From: the human T2T-CHM13v2.0 reference genome, Homo sapiens
Reading direction: 5' to 3' (one strand)
DNA: 64,000 nucleotides
NCBI RefSeq assembly: GCF_009914755.1
Contig: NC_060944.1
Part shown: positions 41,401 to 55,197 of the stretch, piece by piece
Layout of the letters: each line of letters begins with the position of its first letter
Position numbering within the stretch: the first letter of the stretch is position 1
Position numbers and translations under genes: made by a program
The notes under the pieces: generated by a model
Told to the model about the DNA's origin: nothing
What the model saw: the letters and a program-made list of their open reading frames with translations, nothing else
Database searches by the model: none

Positions 41401-41957
41401 TGTAGCAGACATTTACTATGTTTTCTGCCTGCCCCATGCCTTTTGAATACCCTTCTTATGCTCAGCTAATTCTCTATCCAATGAGTTCTGCCTCCTTAAG
41501 GTAGAATCCAGAAACTTGCTTTTCCAGCCTCCCTTGCAGCTAGGCTCTGCTGTAAGGGAATGGAAAATGTGCTGTGCATTAAGACCAATGTCCAACAGAA
41601 AGGAGTCAGGTCACCCTGACTCGGATTGGAGGTGCCTGACCACTCATCAAATGTGCCCCTGAGATGTGGATCCAGAAGAGAGACATGAAAGAGGTGGCAC
41701 TGGGTGCAGTCAGTGCTGGGGAGGGGAGAGCAGAGGCATTTGTCTCTTGGAGGTGGCTGTGGTGAAGGCCCAGCGTTGTAAGGTGAGCTGCCACTGCACT
41801 TCTCTAGCAGGGCAATTTGAGTGTTGTTTCTAGATCTTTTAGTCACAAAGCCTGATTGTGTGGCCCTCCTGGACATAAAGCAAGGTAGCCAAGAGCCTTT
41901 AATAAATTATTTATCTCCTTCAGCTGGCTAAAGTGGATTTGGCTGTCTGCAACTAAG
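41401..41957 (+). mobile_element. Ancient ERVL-type LTR (LTR16/LTR33-like)
   Basis: tgtagcagac... ccagcctcccttgcagctagg ... aataaa ... ctgtctgcaactaag resemble these families; heavily diverged. Confidence 0.45.
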
Positions 41958-42059
41958 TGTCTCCCAAGGCCACTGTTGAGATTAAATGAGTTACTGAGGT
42001 CAAGTGCTGGTGAGAACTCACTCTTATTACCCTTGCAAGGATAGGAGTGAATTCTGATT

Positions 42060-42872
<813 letters not shown>

Positions 42873-42969
42873 TATTACTGATTCATTAGCAATAGATAAC
42901 TGATATCAGGAACACACCTGATATCAGTTTTTCAGTGCTCTCTGGCTTTTAGACTGCCTGAGTGTGAAT

Positions 42970-43268
<299 letters not shown>

Positions 43269-43536
43269 TGCATGTGAATTTTTCCATTTGGCCTTCACAA
43301 CAATCCTTTATAGATTATGATTCATTGATTTGTATATTAAGAAAAGTCTGAATGTTGAATGCCTTGCCCTCAATCAGAAGGCTCTTCATCTAAGACATAG
43401 AGAGCAGAACCCAGGTGTCTGGCTCCTTGATGTAGCCCTCCACAAAATGAGGTGGTCTCGGTTCACTAGTAGAATGCACTGTTGTATGTAAATGCCTTCT
43501 GTACATTGTCTTGAAAACAACCATTAGGTCAATGTC

Positions 43537-44017
43537 CCAAGCACTATGACTGTGTAACAACAGATCTCCCCAAAACTGAGCATTTACAACAACAACAGAG
43601 ATTTATTATATCTAATTATTTGTGTGGGTCAGGAATTCAGTAGCAGCCTGGCTTGGTGGTTCTGGCTTGGGGTCCTTCATGAAGTTACACTGAGTTTTCC
43701 ACTGGGGCTGCAGTCAAGTGAAGGGTTGATTGGGGCTGGAGGATCTATTTCCAAGATGGCTCCCTCACATGGATGCTGGTCTCTATAGCACTGCTTGAGT
43801 GTCCTGACAGCATGGTGGCTCTCTCCAAAGCAAGCCATCCAGGAGACCAAAGTGGAAACTGTAATACCTTTATGACTAATCTTGGAAGATATATCACTTT
43901 TGCTGAGTTCCGTTGGTCCCACAGGTCATCTCTGAATCAGCATGTAAAGGACCACGCATAGGTATGAATTCCAGGAGGTGATGATTGCTGGGGCAATCCT
44001 TGAGGTTGGCTACCACA
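43537..44017 (-). mobile_element. MLT1-family MaLR LTR
   Basis: gtgggtcaggaattc..., ggggctggaggatctatttccaagatggct, ...ggctaccaca. Confidence 0.68.
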
Positions 44018-44512
44018 ATCAGTACTATCGCCCCAAGTCCCAGGTGAGGAAATGAGCCAGAATGACTAGGGAATGGCCGCTCAAGAGTGTGTGCAGGTGG
44101 AATCGGAAGCCAACACTGATTCCTAGGACCACGTTCCTCTCCAATCTATGACACAAGGTGAATTTGTGGTGTATTTTGATGCATTTATGTTAGTATTTTC
44201 AAAAATTTCTTCAAAATTGAGAAATTCTTTGGAACATTATCATGAAAAGACATACGGTGTGGGCACACTGATTGGGAGTCCTCACTTTGGTCAACAAATG
44301 CCTCGTTTTGTCATGGCTGAAATTATGCCTTTTTCCTGGGTGCCCCTTAAAATTTTTCTTTTCTTTTCTTAAGCTGTTGGGTAATTTACTGAGTTATCCT
44401 ATACAAACATGGGAAAACATGGGTCCTAGCTTCATTTTTAAATATAACTCCAAAACCGACTTTATAGAATTCAAAAGTGGTCAAATAATCAATCTATTAG
44501 GACTATAATGAC

Positions 44513-44906
44513 TGTCTCAGTTAGCTTGTGCTGCCGTTAACAAAATACCATAGACTGAGTGGCTTAAACTTAAAATAATAGGAATGGCGTGAACAACAGG
44601 AATTTATCTTTCACAGTTCTGGAGGCTGGAAAGTCTAAGATCAAGGAGTGGGCTGATTTGGTTCTCCAGTGAAGACCTCCTTCCTGGCTTGCAGACAGCA
44701 GCCTCCTCCCTGTGTCCTCACATGGCAGAGAGAGAGAAGCTCTGGTCTCTCTTCTTCTAAGAGCACTAATCCCACCATGGAGACCCCATCCCCAGGACCT
44801 CATCGCAACCCAGTCACTTCCCAAAGATCCCACCTCCTAGTAAACACTGGGGGTTAGGGCTTCAACATATGGGTTTCGGGAAGACACAAACATTCAGTCC
44901 ATAACA
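44513..44906 (-). mobile_element. MLT1A-like MaLR LTR
   Basis: acaaaataccatagactgagtggcttaaac, cacagttctggaggctgg, acacaaacattcagtccataaca. Confidence 0.8.
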
Positions 44907-45193
44907 ATGACATATACTCTCTGACTCAGTAATTTCATTTTTTTTTGGAAATTTATCATACAGAAATAAAAGCAGCAGTGTGTCAGGATATAGGCGTGCT
45001 GGTGTTTATTACAGGTGTCTTTGTTATGACAAACACTGGAAGCCACCTTAATGCACAGATGGGCTGAGTAAATTAAGGTACATCTGTATTAAGGAATAAA
45101 ATGCAACTACGGAAAATGATAAACTAGATGGAGGGGTGCCTATGACACTGTAAAGTTTAACAAGGATGTTGTAGAATAATGTGTATTGTATGA

Positions 45194-45527
<334 letters not shown>

Positions 45528-47599
45528 GAGAATGTTCTTTTGAATAACCTGCTTATCAGTCTTAGGGAGATGGGGGTTGGAATAGAGGCAGATCATTATT
45601 TTTAAGAGAAAAAAGTATAGAACACCCGATGTAATATACAAATTTGTACTTTGGCTATTTCATTAAAATCTTGATCATTAGTAAAAAAAGAAAAAAAAAA
45701 ACCTTCCTTGATTAAAAGAAGCTCCTGATGTGAGTTTTCCCACCAGCATTTTACTCTCGCCTTTAGGTTGAAACTGTTCCAGGGGGTCACTTTTCCTGGT
45801 GCCTGAAACGAAGATCCAAGATTTCCCCAAAGAAAGCTATAGAAATAACTGTTTCCACTGGGCCCATAATCAGCCATCAACATGGAGGACAAAATGGGGT
45901 GACATTTTTTTAAAAGGAGAAGATGATACCATTAATGTACCGCCCTTGCTGGTTCCCACTGCTCCGAGACATTTGCCGCAGGCGCTCTGCAGGTCGGGCG
46001 GGAGGGAGACTGCTATTGAGGCCCTCTGCACTTAGCCCAGCGGCCATTTCTTAGGGAATATTGATCAAAAGTACTCTCCTCTATCATCTGAGGGGCATAA
46101 TGCAGTCCCTGAGTATTCACGGAAAAAAGCTTTTCTTTGCCAGGCTATTTTCTAAAGTCAAAAAGATCCTTTCAGGATCTATAATAGCAAGCCCCTTCCC
46201 ACCTCACGCCCTCAGTGAGAAGCACACTCCAATTTCCAGGCCCTGAGGACCCCACGCCAAGGAGGAAGCCGAGGGCTCTGACCTCTTCATGGAAAATATT
46301 CCTTGTCAAACTCAACAAGCATTTTCACGGGGGTGGGGGGAACATAAATGGAAGATTAGCAATGACACCTGACACATAAAAAAGTGCCCTCTTGTCCCAG
46401 AGATAATTTATGCATTTATTCTTTCTTTCCTAAAATAATGTTTGAATAGAATTTTGACCACATACGTAATGCTCTCTGATATCTGAGGTAGGAATATCTT
46501 GATATATAAATAGCAACAACGACAACAACAATCCGATCAGCGCTGTCCATGTCTGACATGGTACGGAGGGAGGATGCTAGCTGGGACCTACTTTCTCACT
46601 CTCATTCTGTGAAACACAAGATCTTCCAGACAAATACTGCCTGATGTGACAGCTTATTATAAATGTCTCGCTGCCCCCATCTTGTCCAACTTAGGACACT
46701 TAGGTATTAAAATACTTATAACTTAAAATTCTAACAATGACAAAAATGAAGCAATCGCCAATTCCAGCTATTTTTTTCTCATTATTCAGAAAGAGTGTCA
46801 TTTTGGAGAGTTCCTGCTGTTTTTATCACTGCTGTTTGTGTGTGTTGGGGGCAGATCTGAGAGCACCTCGAGGGCAGAGAGGGTATCACTGCTGTTTGAA
46901 ATGCACTGCCTAGCTGGGCTGCCGGCTGTTCTCTGCGGGTGAAAGTGCGGTTGAATCTGCAGCAGACTAAGAACAGACCTCGGTTTCGGAAGTGAGTCTC
47001 ATTCTACTCCACTCAAGGTGGTTCTTGTGGCATGGAAGGACATTGATATGTCTTTATTGTCTCAAACTCCCGAAACAGAAAACATTTTCAGGAGAGAAAC
47101 GAGACAATTTTGGCCAAACTGTATGTAGCAAGTGCTTGGTAAACGTGTGGATGTCTGAGTGCAGAGAGCAGACCATGGTCTTCCAGAGCGTGGCCGACCT
47201 GCCTGGGCATCACATCAAGCATGAAAAACCTGCTTTGGCTACCTGCTCTTACCTCAAAGTCTATTTTTCAGAGTTGAAGACGAGCAATTTTTCTTTCCAG
47301 AGGTTCCAGTCCATGGCTTCTGGAGCCAGAGAGAGGTTAACTCCAGCGTTTTCGTCTCTGCGTGTAGGGAGAGTAGGTAAGTCTCTTGTTAAAACAGGTT
47401 CTCCCACACTCCAAGCCCTTGGTCTGTGTTGTGCCTGGTCCCTATGACAGCAGGGTCAGGGTGGCCTAAGCCTTGGCATTAGGGGACCTTTACAGTGACC
47501 AAAAATGCACGTGGAAACTACATTTTCAACAAACAGTCCATGCACTGGTGAAGAACGGTGATTGCTGCTAAGTGGGGGTGACATCAAGAAGTGGGAACC

Positions 47600-47904
47600 G
47601 GCCGGGCGCGGTGGCTCACGCCTGTGATCCCAGCACTTTGGGAGGCCGAGGTGGGTGGATCACGAGGTCAGGAGATCGACACCTTCCTGGCTAACACAGT
47701 GAAACCCCGTCTCTACTAAAAATACAAAAAAATTAGCCGGGCGCGGTGGCGGGCGCCTCTAGTCCCAGCTGCTCGGGAGGCTGAGGCAGGAGAATGGCGT
47801 GAATCCGGGAGGCGGAGCTTGCGGTGAGCCGAGATCCTGCCACAGCACTCCAGCCCGGGCGACAGAGTGAGACTTCGTCTCAGAAAAAAAAAAAAAAAAA
47901 AAAA
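47600..47904 (+). mobile_element. AluY
   Basis: CpG-rich AluY features with perfect TSD AAGAAGTGGGAACC (47586-47599 and 47905-47918). Confidence 0.93.
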
Positions 47905-48400
47905 AAGAAGTGGGAACCCAGAAACTCATCTCCTGCCTGGAGCCTCACTTTCTGACCTTGTGAATCTCAGTGAGCCAACGTCTTCAGGCCTCAGTTTTCA
48001 TACCTGTAGAAGGTGGTCAGATTGTGGGGGTGGGGGCGACCTTTCCAGCTGTAGATCCGTGCCTTGAGTAAACCAAATATGCAGGGACAAAGTTTACTTT
48101 GTGCTCCATTTCCACGGCCTTCACTTTTTGGTTTGAAAAACAAAATGCAACTAAAACCATTTCCAGATATAGACAAAAGAGCAAATGATTAGTGTCCCTT
48201 GACATAAACGGTTTAATAAACCAAAGTGGCCTCAATTTAGTTTCTGCACATACACGGCACCATAATGCTAGCTTGAATGTGTACTGAAGTGAACAAATAT
48301 CAGTGTGTGAGCCTCTCGCTGGAAGACACGCTTCACTGCAGGAGGCATAAATAACTGGCGCTTTTTTTTCTGAAACACTTAGACATAGTCAAGACCACTT

Positions 48401-48616
48401 GACTATGGTTAGGTGTACCTTAAAAATATTCTTTCTTTCAATTCTGGTACCTAGCAGAAGCCCCAAAAGACCTATCAGGGTCTTGTAACAATGGTCCTTT
48501 TGGAAGCACTGACTATGGTTAGGTGTACCTTAAAAATAGTCTTTCAATTCTGGCACCTAGCAGAAGCCCCAAAAGACCTGTCAGGGCCTTGTAACAATGG
48601 TCCTTTTGGAAGCACT
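48401..48616. repeat. Tandem duplication of a ~110-bp unique segment
   Basis: Copy 1 is 48401-48510 and copy 2 is 48511-48616. They differ by a 4-bp indel and about 4 substitutions. Confidence 0.95.
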
Positions 48617-50059
48617 GGAAGTTGGATTGTTCTTTGGAATTCTGCTGAAGGTTTGGCCTAATATGGCCCAAGATTTGATGAGTACTTTTTTAAGGTGACC
48701 TGATCACTTACAGGAGGCATGATGGACCAGAATGTCTCCCCACCCTCTCATCATTCTGCAAGAAATAAAATGTGTGGCAGAGAAAACGATTTGGTGAAAA
48801 CAAAAACAAAGATATAAAAAAGTAAACTGTTTAAGACTTCGAGAACAATATCCTTTGAATTTCAAATAACCATGTCCATATCTGAGAAGTATCCCTGAAT
48901 TATCCAGGGCGGGGGCATCTCCAGGGAGATTATCCAGGGAGTCCTGAGGGCCACCTATGACGCCGAGTCATTAGTGAGTGGCAGAAACGCAGCTCCTAGG
49001 AGCAGCTGTAGAGCAAAGAGCTGTCCTGCAGGTAGTGGTCTCTGATGTTCCCTCAGCGCAGGCAGGGGATGAATGCTGCCCAGACCATCGCTGATGGGGC
49101 TGGCCCAGATCTACCTGTAGGTCAGCGTCCTCTGGGTAGCTTTAAAAAGTGGAGATGCTGAGGTTCTAGCCCAGACCTGGTGGGTCAGAGTCTGTAGCAG
49201 ACAGGAACCTGCATTTGACTTACACAGATTCTTCAACGCTGCTGACGCACAGGCTGGGACCCACTGTGTCCAAGCCACAAAGCTCTAAAACTCCACAACA
49301 AGCTTCATGTGATGAGGTACCAAGTATTAGAAGCAGGACGTACCATCAAGCAAGCTCTTGTTATCAGTGAAAAGCTAAACATTGAATTTAGGGTCTGCCT
49401 GACTCCCAGGAAGGCATCCAGACCATTTGTGAGGTCACAGCCATGTTTTGTAAGTATTAGGTACTCAAAATATTTGCTAACTGGACAAATGGATGATTTT
49501 TACAGACTTCTAATACAATGTCCTGAAAGGTCACTGCTGCCTAGCCCATGAGTAGCCCACGATGCTGGCAGAGGCCACCTGGCCAGGCTGTCATGCGAAG
49601 GCTGGGGTCTTTAGACGGGGGCATCAGCCCGGCTTCAGCCATACCACCAGGGGACTGTTACCACACCCTGTCTATCACTTACTCACACAGACAAGCCCTC
49701 TAAGGCTGTCTCCTGCTCATCAGGGATAGGGGCTCCTGACCGCTAGAAGGGTGGCTCGTATGGGGGCTGCCCTGGAGAGAGACGGAGCAAGGGGCACAGC
49801 TCATTGTGGGCTCGAATGGACGTTGCGGTAGCAGGTGATACTGACCCAGCCCTTTAATCATGAAGAGAGAAAGCGATTTAAGTAGATTAGAACCATGATG
49901 CTTGGATTCAGAGCCTCTTGTGACTGGATCTCAGCATTCCATGTTAGGAAACGAGGTGAATTTTACATAAACATGTTGGTAAGCTTCCCCGCATTGGTAC
50001 CAGCTACCATTTTGGATACATGTTTAGGCTTTGGTTAAAATATGCTTTCACACAATTCT

Positions 50060-53000
50060 GTCCAATAAAAATGAAAGCCACCTTTTTATTAGATGCCAGG
50101 GTGAACTTTATTTTCTTATAAACTATAATGAGAATGAGAGAAACATATAGCACTGAAGTGCTGTGTTTCCACTTTATTAAATCATCACAGTAAATCAGAA
50201 TTAAAGAGTAAAAGAGGTTAACTGGAGAGTCGGGTGGCTGCCATCAGTGGAGATGTGTGCTTTCTCGGTGTGGCTGCCTGGGCCGCGGTGTGTCCTGGTG
50301 CACACACGTCTGCAAGGTGTTCCCACCACCTAGGAAGGAACCTAGATGTGGAGCATTAGGAAAATTAAATAACAAGAGACAGCAAAATAAGAATCAAATG
50401 ACACGCTATAACTTAATTTACCATATTTATCAAATTTTTTCCTTATTTACATGTACTAAACATTGTAGACCTGAAAACATAAGGAAACATTCACTTCATG
50501 TGTATGTCATATGGACAGACTGAGTGCAACTAAAACGATGGTTGTTTCATGTTGAATTTCCCTCGGATGCAGACGCTGCCCTTCAGTAGATATAAAGGTA
50601 GCACAGTTACATTTACGACATCACAGTTAGGTTTTAAAGGATTCATCAGACCTCCACATGACACCGATACAGCAGGTCCATGGGGCGCAGGTGGTGCCAC
50701 CTGAGGAAGGTCAGGAAGACAGGATGTGCATGGCTCTGTGGATCTGCATGAGCTCTTGCTTGTAAGGCTGAGGGTCTGATCAATCAACCTATGTCACCAA
50801 GTTTGGGTCACCCCACTTCCCCAACATGTGGCTCTTAGGAACCGCAGACTTTGTTGCTGAGGCAACCCAGGCTAAATTTCTTCACTTCTGTCTGCTGAAG
50901 GCTTATTTTTAAAAAGTCATAATTTTTTAAAGTACGAAAGCCTAAGTACAATGAGACGATAAACATCAGCTTTGCTCTGGATGGAATCTGGGAATAGGTG
51001 TGCAGAGAAGTGAGGGAACTGGCCTGGCCCTGCCTGAGGCCAGCGAGTCTTACCACATTTTGGCCCAATTAGGGCCACTTCTGTTTCCAGATGGCTGACC
51101 TACTGGTACCACCGTGATGAGTCAGCGCTGTGCCTCAGGTGGGGCCCTAGTGGATGAATGATCCTCCGCAATTTTGCTGAAAGGGATTTATTACAAAAAC
51201 ACAATATTTGCTTTTCTAAGTAAAAAAAAAATAAAAAAGAAACTTGATCATTGCAATTTTCCACCCCAGATAACAAAAACAACTCCAGTCCACGTGATCA
51301 CGAGAAACGTGGCTGTCAGATTCCCTGCTCCACGTTCCATCTCCAGACCAAAGCTGCTACTGAGAATGGCAGGCTCAAAAAACTCTAGTCACCAAACTGC
51401 TGGCTGTCATCGGGGGTCATGGGGTCGTTATAATCCTCAGGGGTTACAGGAGGGTTGAGTTATTTGCTGCCTACAATTGAATTTCCCACCCCAAGGTAGG
51501 GATCGCTGGTTCGTGAAAGCAAAATGAAATCATGGAGCAGAAGTCCAGGAGAGTTCAATACGATTTCTAAATCCTGACATATCTTTTCTACTAAAGCCAG
51601 CAATTCCGCAACAGGAGTTTCTAGAGCCTGAAGATGAAACGTTCTCCCAGAGGCGACCTGCTGGTAGAGACCTACAGGGGACTCTGGAGCCTAGGAGCAT
51701 GCGATGGCCTTCCCAACAGGAGTGAGGTAAACAGGAGACAGGAGCAGCTCAACAGCAGGATCAAGCCTGAGTGATGGTGGCCAAGCTATGCTGCCCAGAT
51801 GTCTGGAATCATTTAAAATAAAGGGGCATTTGCTGACACCACAGAAAATGCCAGGACTTGCAGTCACTCTTCACATTGCCCTTCAGCCCCCGTGAGTATC
51901 CTGGGCCCTTCCCAAAACGGCCCAGGGGCCAGAAGCTTCCTTCCACTTTGGGGCACCCTCATTCTCTTGTGTTCAGGTGGTTCTCAAGGTGCTCCTGTCA
52001 GTGGGCCTGGCCTGCAATCCCCTATAAAGCAGAAAAGCAAATTCTCGCCAGGATGAGCAGGCCCGCCCTTCCGACAGGAACGACTGGCTCAGCTCTTTCT
52101 CATTTGTCCCAAGAGTGAGTCTGGCTCCTGAGTCTCCCCGTTTTCCCTACAAAGGCCAGGTTCCAGCCAAACCAGCTCCATGGCAAATGGAAAAAACTGG
52201 CTCCTCAGTGAAAATGGCCGTTCTGATGGGGTGAGAGCCTCAGAAGGCTTCTTCAGGCCTGGGTGGCCAAGCAGCCTGAAGGTAACAAGTGTGTGCAAGG
52301 GCAGAGGGCAGAGGGCACAGGAAGGTGGGGAGGCCTCCCGCACAGGGCCCGCCTTTCCCAGGACCAGCCCACCCATCATAAGCCCTGAGTTAGGGGCTGC
52401 GTCTCTCGTGCTGCTGTCCCTTCCCACTGCAGGGCGTTGCTCTGTACCTGGCCGCTGTGAGAACAAAGCCTGCGCAGTGGCGATGGACTCTGGTAAGCTT
52501 CTTGGATTTACTTCCCAAGTGAAGTGCGGGGTGGAGCAAACCTCTAGCTCTGAGGCAGGTCAAGGGTCCAGGACACAGCCTGGGGCCTGCGCCAGCAGCT
52601 CTTCGCTGCTGACTGATTTCTCTGCTGCAGGACGGGCAAGGCCCACCCAGGGCGCCCCAGCAGGAGAGGGCTCACCATTGCTTCTCTTTTCATTCATTCA
52701 TTCATTTTGTTTTTAAGAAAAAAAAACAACAACAACAAAAAAACAGGTCTAATAAGCCTTCCTTGGAGCCAAATGGGCAAAAATGTAAGGATTAAATCCC
52801 TCGCTTGGAATCGGCTACCAAAAGCTTTGTGTGACAAGAAACATTTCTGAGGCCTGTGTGAGGCCTCTCTGGGCAACAGACAGGAGCAGCAAAGTTGCAG
52901 CGTGAGGCTTTTGGAGGCACAAGGCCATTCGGGGGGTACCCGTCTCAGCCTAGCGCCTGAAGCCGGCATGCGCCTTTTGTGTGGATGTGGTCTGTGTTGT

Positions 53001-53784
53001 TTTGAGCCTTGGGACACTTCCTGTCCTGCAGGAACTTATGCAAGGACAGGACCCTGTATTTCTGGAATCTTCTGAGTGTTCTAAGATAGGGGCATCACTG
53101 TCATGACCTGAAGCGCCTCTGCGTGGTGAGGAGAGCCTCTGCTTAGTTAGCGGGCGTCAGGTACCATGTGGGAAAACACTGGACAACTGAGGTAAAACTT
53201 CTCCTGGGCAAAAGACCCCGGGGAAAGCCAATTTCCATGATGATGAAATTTTTGAGTAAACCATAAATCCTAACATAAAAGGAACTAGCAAAATCAATGC
53301 AGATCAGATTCCTCAATTAGACAATTGTTTTGCCAGCCCCTTTGTGAATCATGCTTGGGTTCATAAATGAGAAGAAACAACTTGGGGTGCAGAAGCAAGC
53401 TGCCCTCTGCCCCCTCCCTGAAAGCGCAGAATCTTTTCCTGCTGTCATCTGCCCAGAGCAGCCACACCAGTGCCCACGTGTCAGTGGGTTCATCTCTGGT
53501 TTTTGGTGACTTTTTCTTTTCTTCTTTGGAAGTCCAAGGTTTGTGAGGTTTCAGGACAAGATGATACAGCCTAGTTTGAGTCCCATCTGAGACACGGTAG
53601 TGGGATTCACCATGGGCTTCAGAAGTCCACTAATGGGAAGACCTGCTGAGGGCACTAGTACAGCAACGAAATTTCCTGGAGATTCTGGGTTTAGTGGCTC
53701 GGGGCAGAGGCAGGAGAGGGTGTTCTGTCTCCTCCTCACTCAGGGGCTCTTCGAGGTCAGCACTCAGACTGGAGGCCAGGGCCC
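50060..53784 (-). other. RALGAPA2: Terminal (3' UTR) exon of RALGAPA2
   Basis: Minus-strand acceptor cttagcagttctctgcttcctttgcAG immediately before 53784, and clustered minus-strand AATAAA at 50085, 50107 and 50173. Identity inferred from the known gene order INSM1-RALGAPA2 (convergent). Confidence 0.75.
50085..50178 (-). terminator. RALGAPA2: RALGAPA2 polyadenylation signal cluster
   Basis: TTTATT on plus at 50085-50090, 50107-50112 and 50173-50178. A possible proximal one lies at 51187-51192. Confidence 0.65.
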
Positions 53785-54927
53785 CTGCAAAGGAAGCAGA
53801 GAACTGCTAAGTCATGGAGGCAACGGCGGCTCTACGGCCACACATTTCAGGGAGGATCTGTGGCACTCAGAAGGGAGGGAAACTCCCAGGAGAAGGGTCT
53901 GGTGACCTCCTCCCACGCTATGCCGGCAAAGATGTTTGTTGAATGAATAAACACATGAATGTCTTTCTTCTTATTCTTTGCCCTGGGCTTTTCTGCAGCA
54001 TAAAAGAAGCTATGAATCTTGTGAAATTAATTCAGACTTACTGTCCAATTCATAAGTAAAGAATGAAGAGAAAAGGCATCTGGTCACAGTGAAAGGGAGG
54101 AAGAGCCACTGAAGAAGCAGTGGCTGGAGTCAATGGAAAAGCCCGTGAAACTTCAGAGGCCGCTCTGCAGATCCCTGGCGGTGTTCCTGGAATCTCCACG
54201 TGTTTACATATCGATATTCTACACAATGAGTTACAACTCGATTATTCCCCAAAGGGTCTAAGACTAGAGGTCAGTCCTAAATTGCTTGTCTGAATGAGTC
54301 CAGATGAGCATACAGCTGTTCATCACTGGAGGGAAAAGGAATAAAATTAAAACCTGCACATCTGCACCCCCCGCTTCCCCAGGGCTGCTGTCGGTGTGCT
54401 CAGAGGAATACAAGAATGCCTGCTGCAACACCAAGCCACTGTTGCGGGTGGAGCTGGGTCTCCCCTAGCACCGTTCTGCGAGCGAGAGGATCATTTCATC
54501 ACCCTTCCCCTCGTAGTGTATTTTTAAACCCTGTTGTATTATGCCCCAAGTTTCCTGCATGACCTCTGCTGGGAACCAACCTCAGAAGCAGAGTTTCCAC
54601 ATCTTCCTCCCTGCGTGATTCACTTGCAGGGCTTTGGCCTTTGAAATTATTATTATTATTGGCATTTGAAATTAATTTAAGTCAGTTATTTTATTCACAG
54701 ACGCATCTTTTTTCATTCTCTGACCTTCCCTTATTGTTTCTAGGAGGAGTTTCCAAAATCAATACTTGCAAACGTGCTTGGACCTATGGAGGCAGCCTGG
54801 CTCAGGGTGTCCTGAAATTCAGTACTTTCAGAGTCCAGGGGCTTCATGGTTGCCTCCCTTCTTCTAGGCTCAGTAAGGTCGGGCATACAGAGAAGGCTCA
54901 CTATTCTCATCTTTAAAACAGGCTGCA

Positions 54928-55197
54928 GCCGGGCGCAGTGGGCGGATCGCTTCAGCCCAGGAGTTCCAGACCAGCCTGGGAAACACAGTGAAACCCCGTC
55001 TCTACAAAAACATTGCAAAACTTATCCAGGCATGGTGGTGCGCACCTGTAGTCCCAGCTACTTGGGAGGCTGAGGTGAGAGGATTTTGAGCCTGGGAGGT
55101 CAAGGCTGCAGTGATGGCTTCACTGCACTCCAGCTTAGGTGACAAAGTGAGACCCAGTCTCAAAAAAAAACACCACACATGAAAAACCTCAGAACAC
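54928..55197 (+). mobile_element. AluJ-like element with left-arm deletion
   Basis: Alu dimer lacking about 35 nt near the 5' end, TSD AAAACAGGCTGC. Confidence 0.85.
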
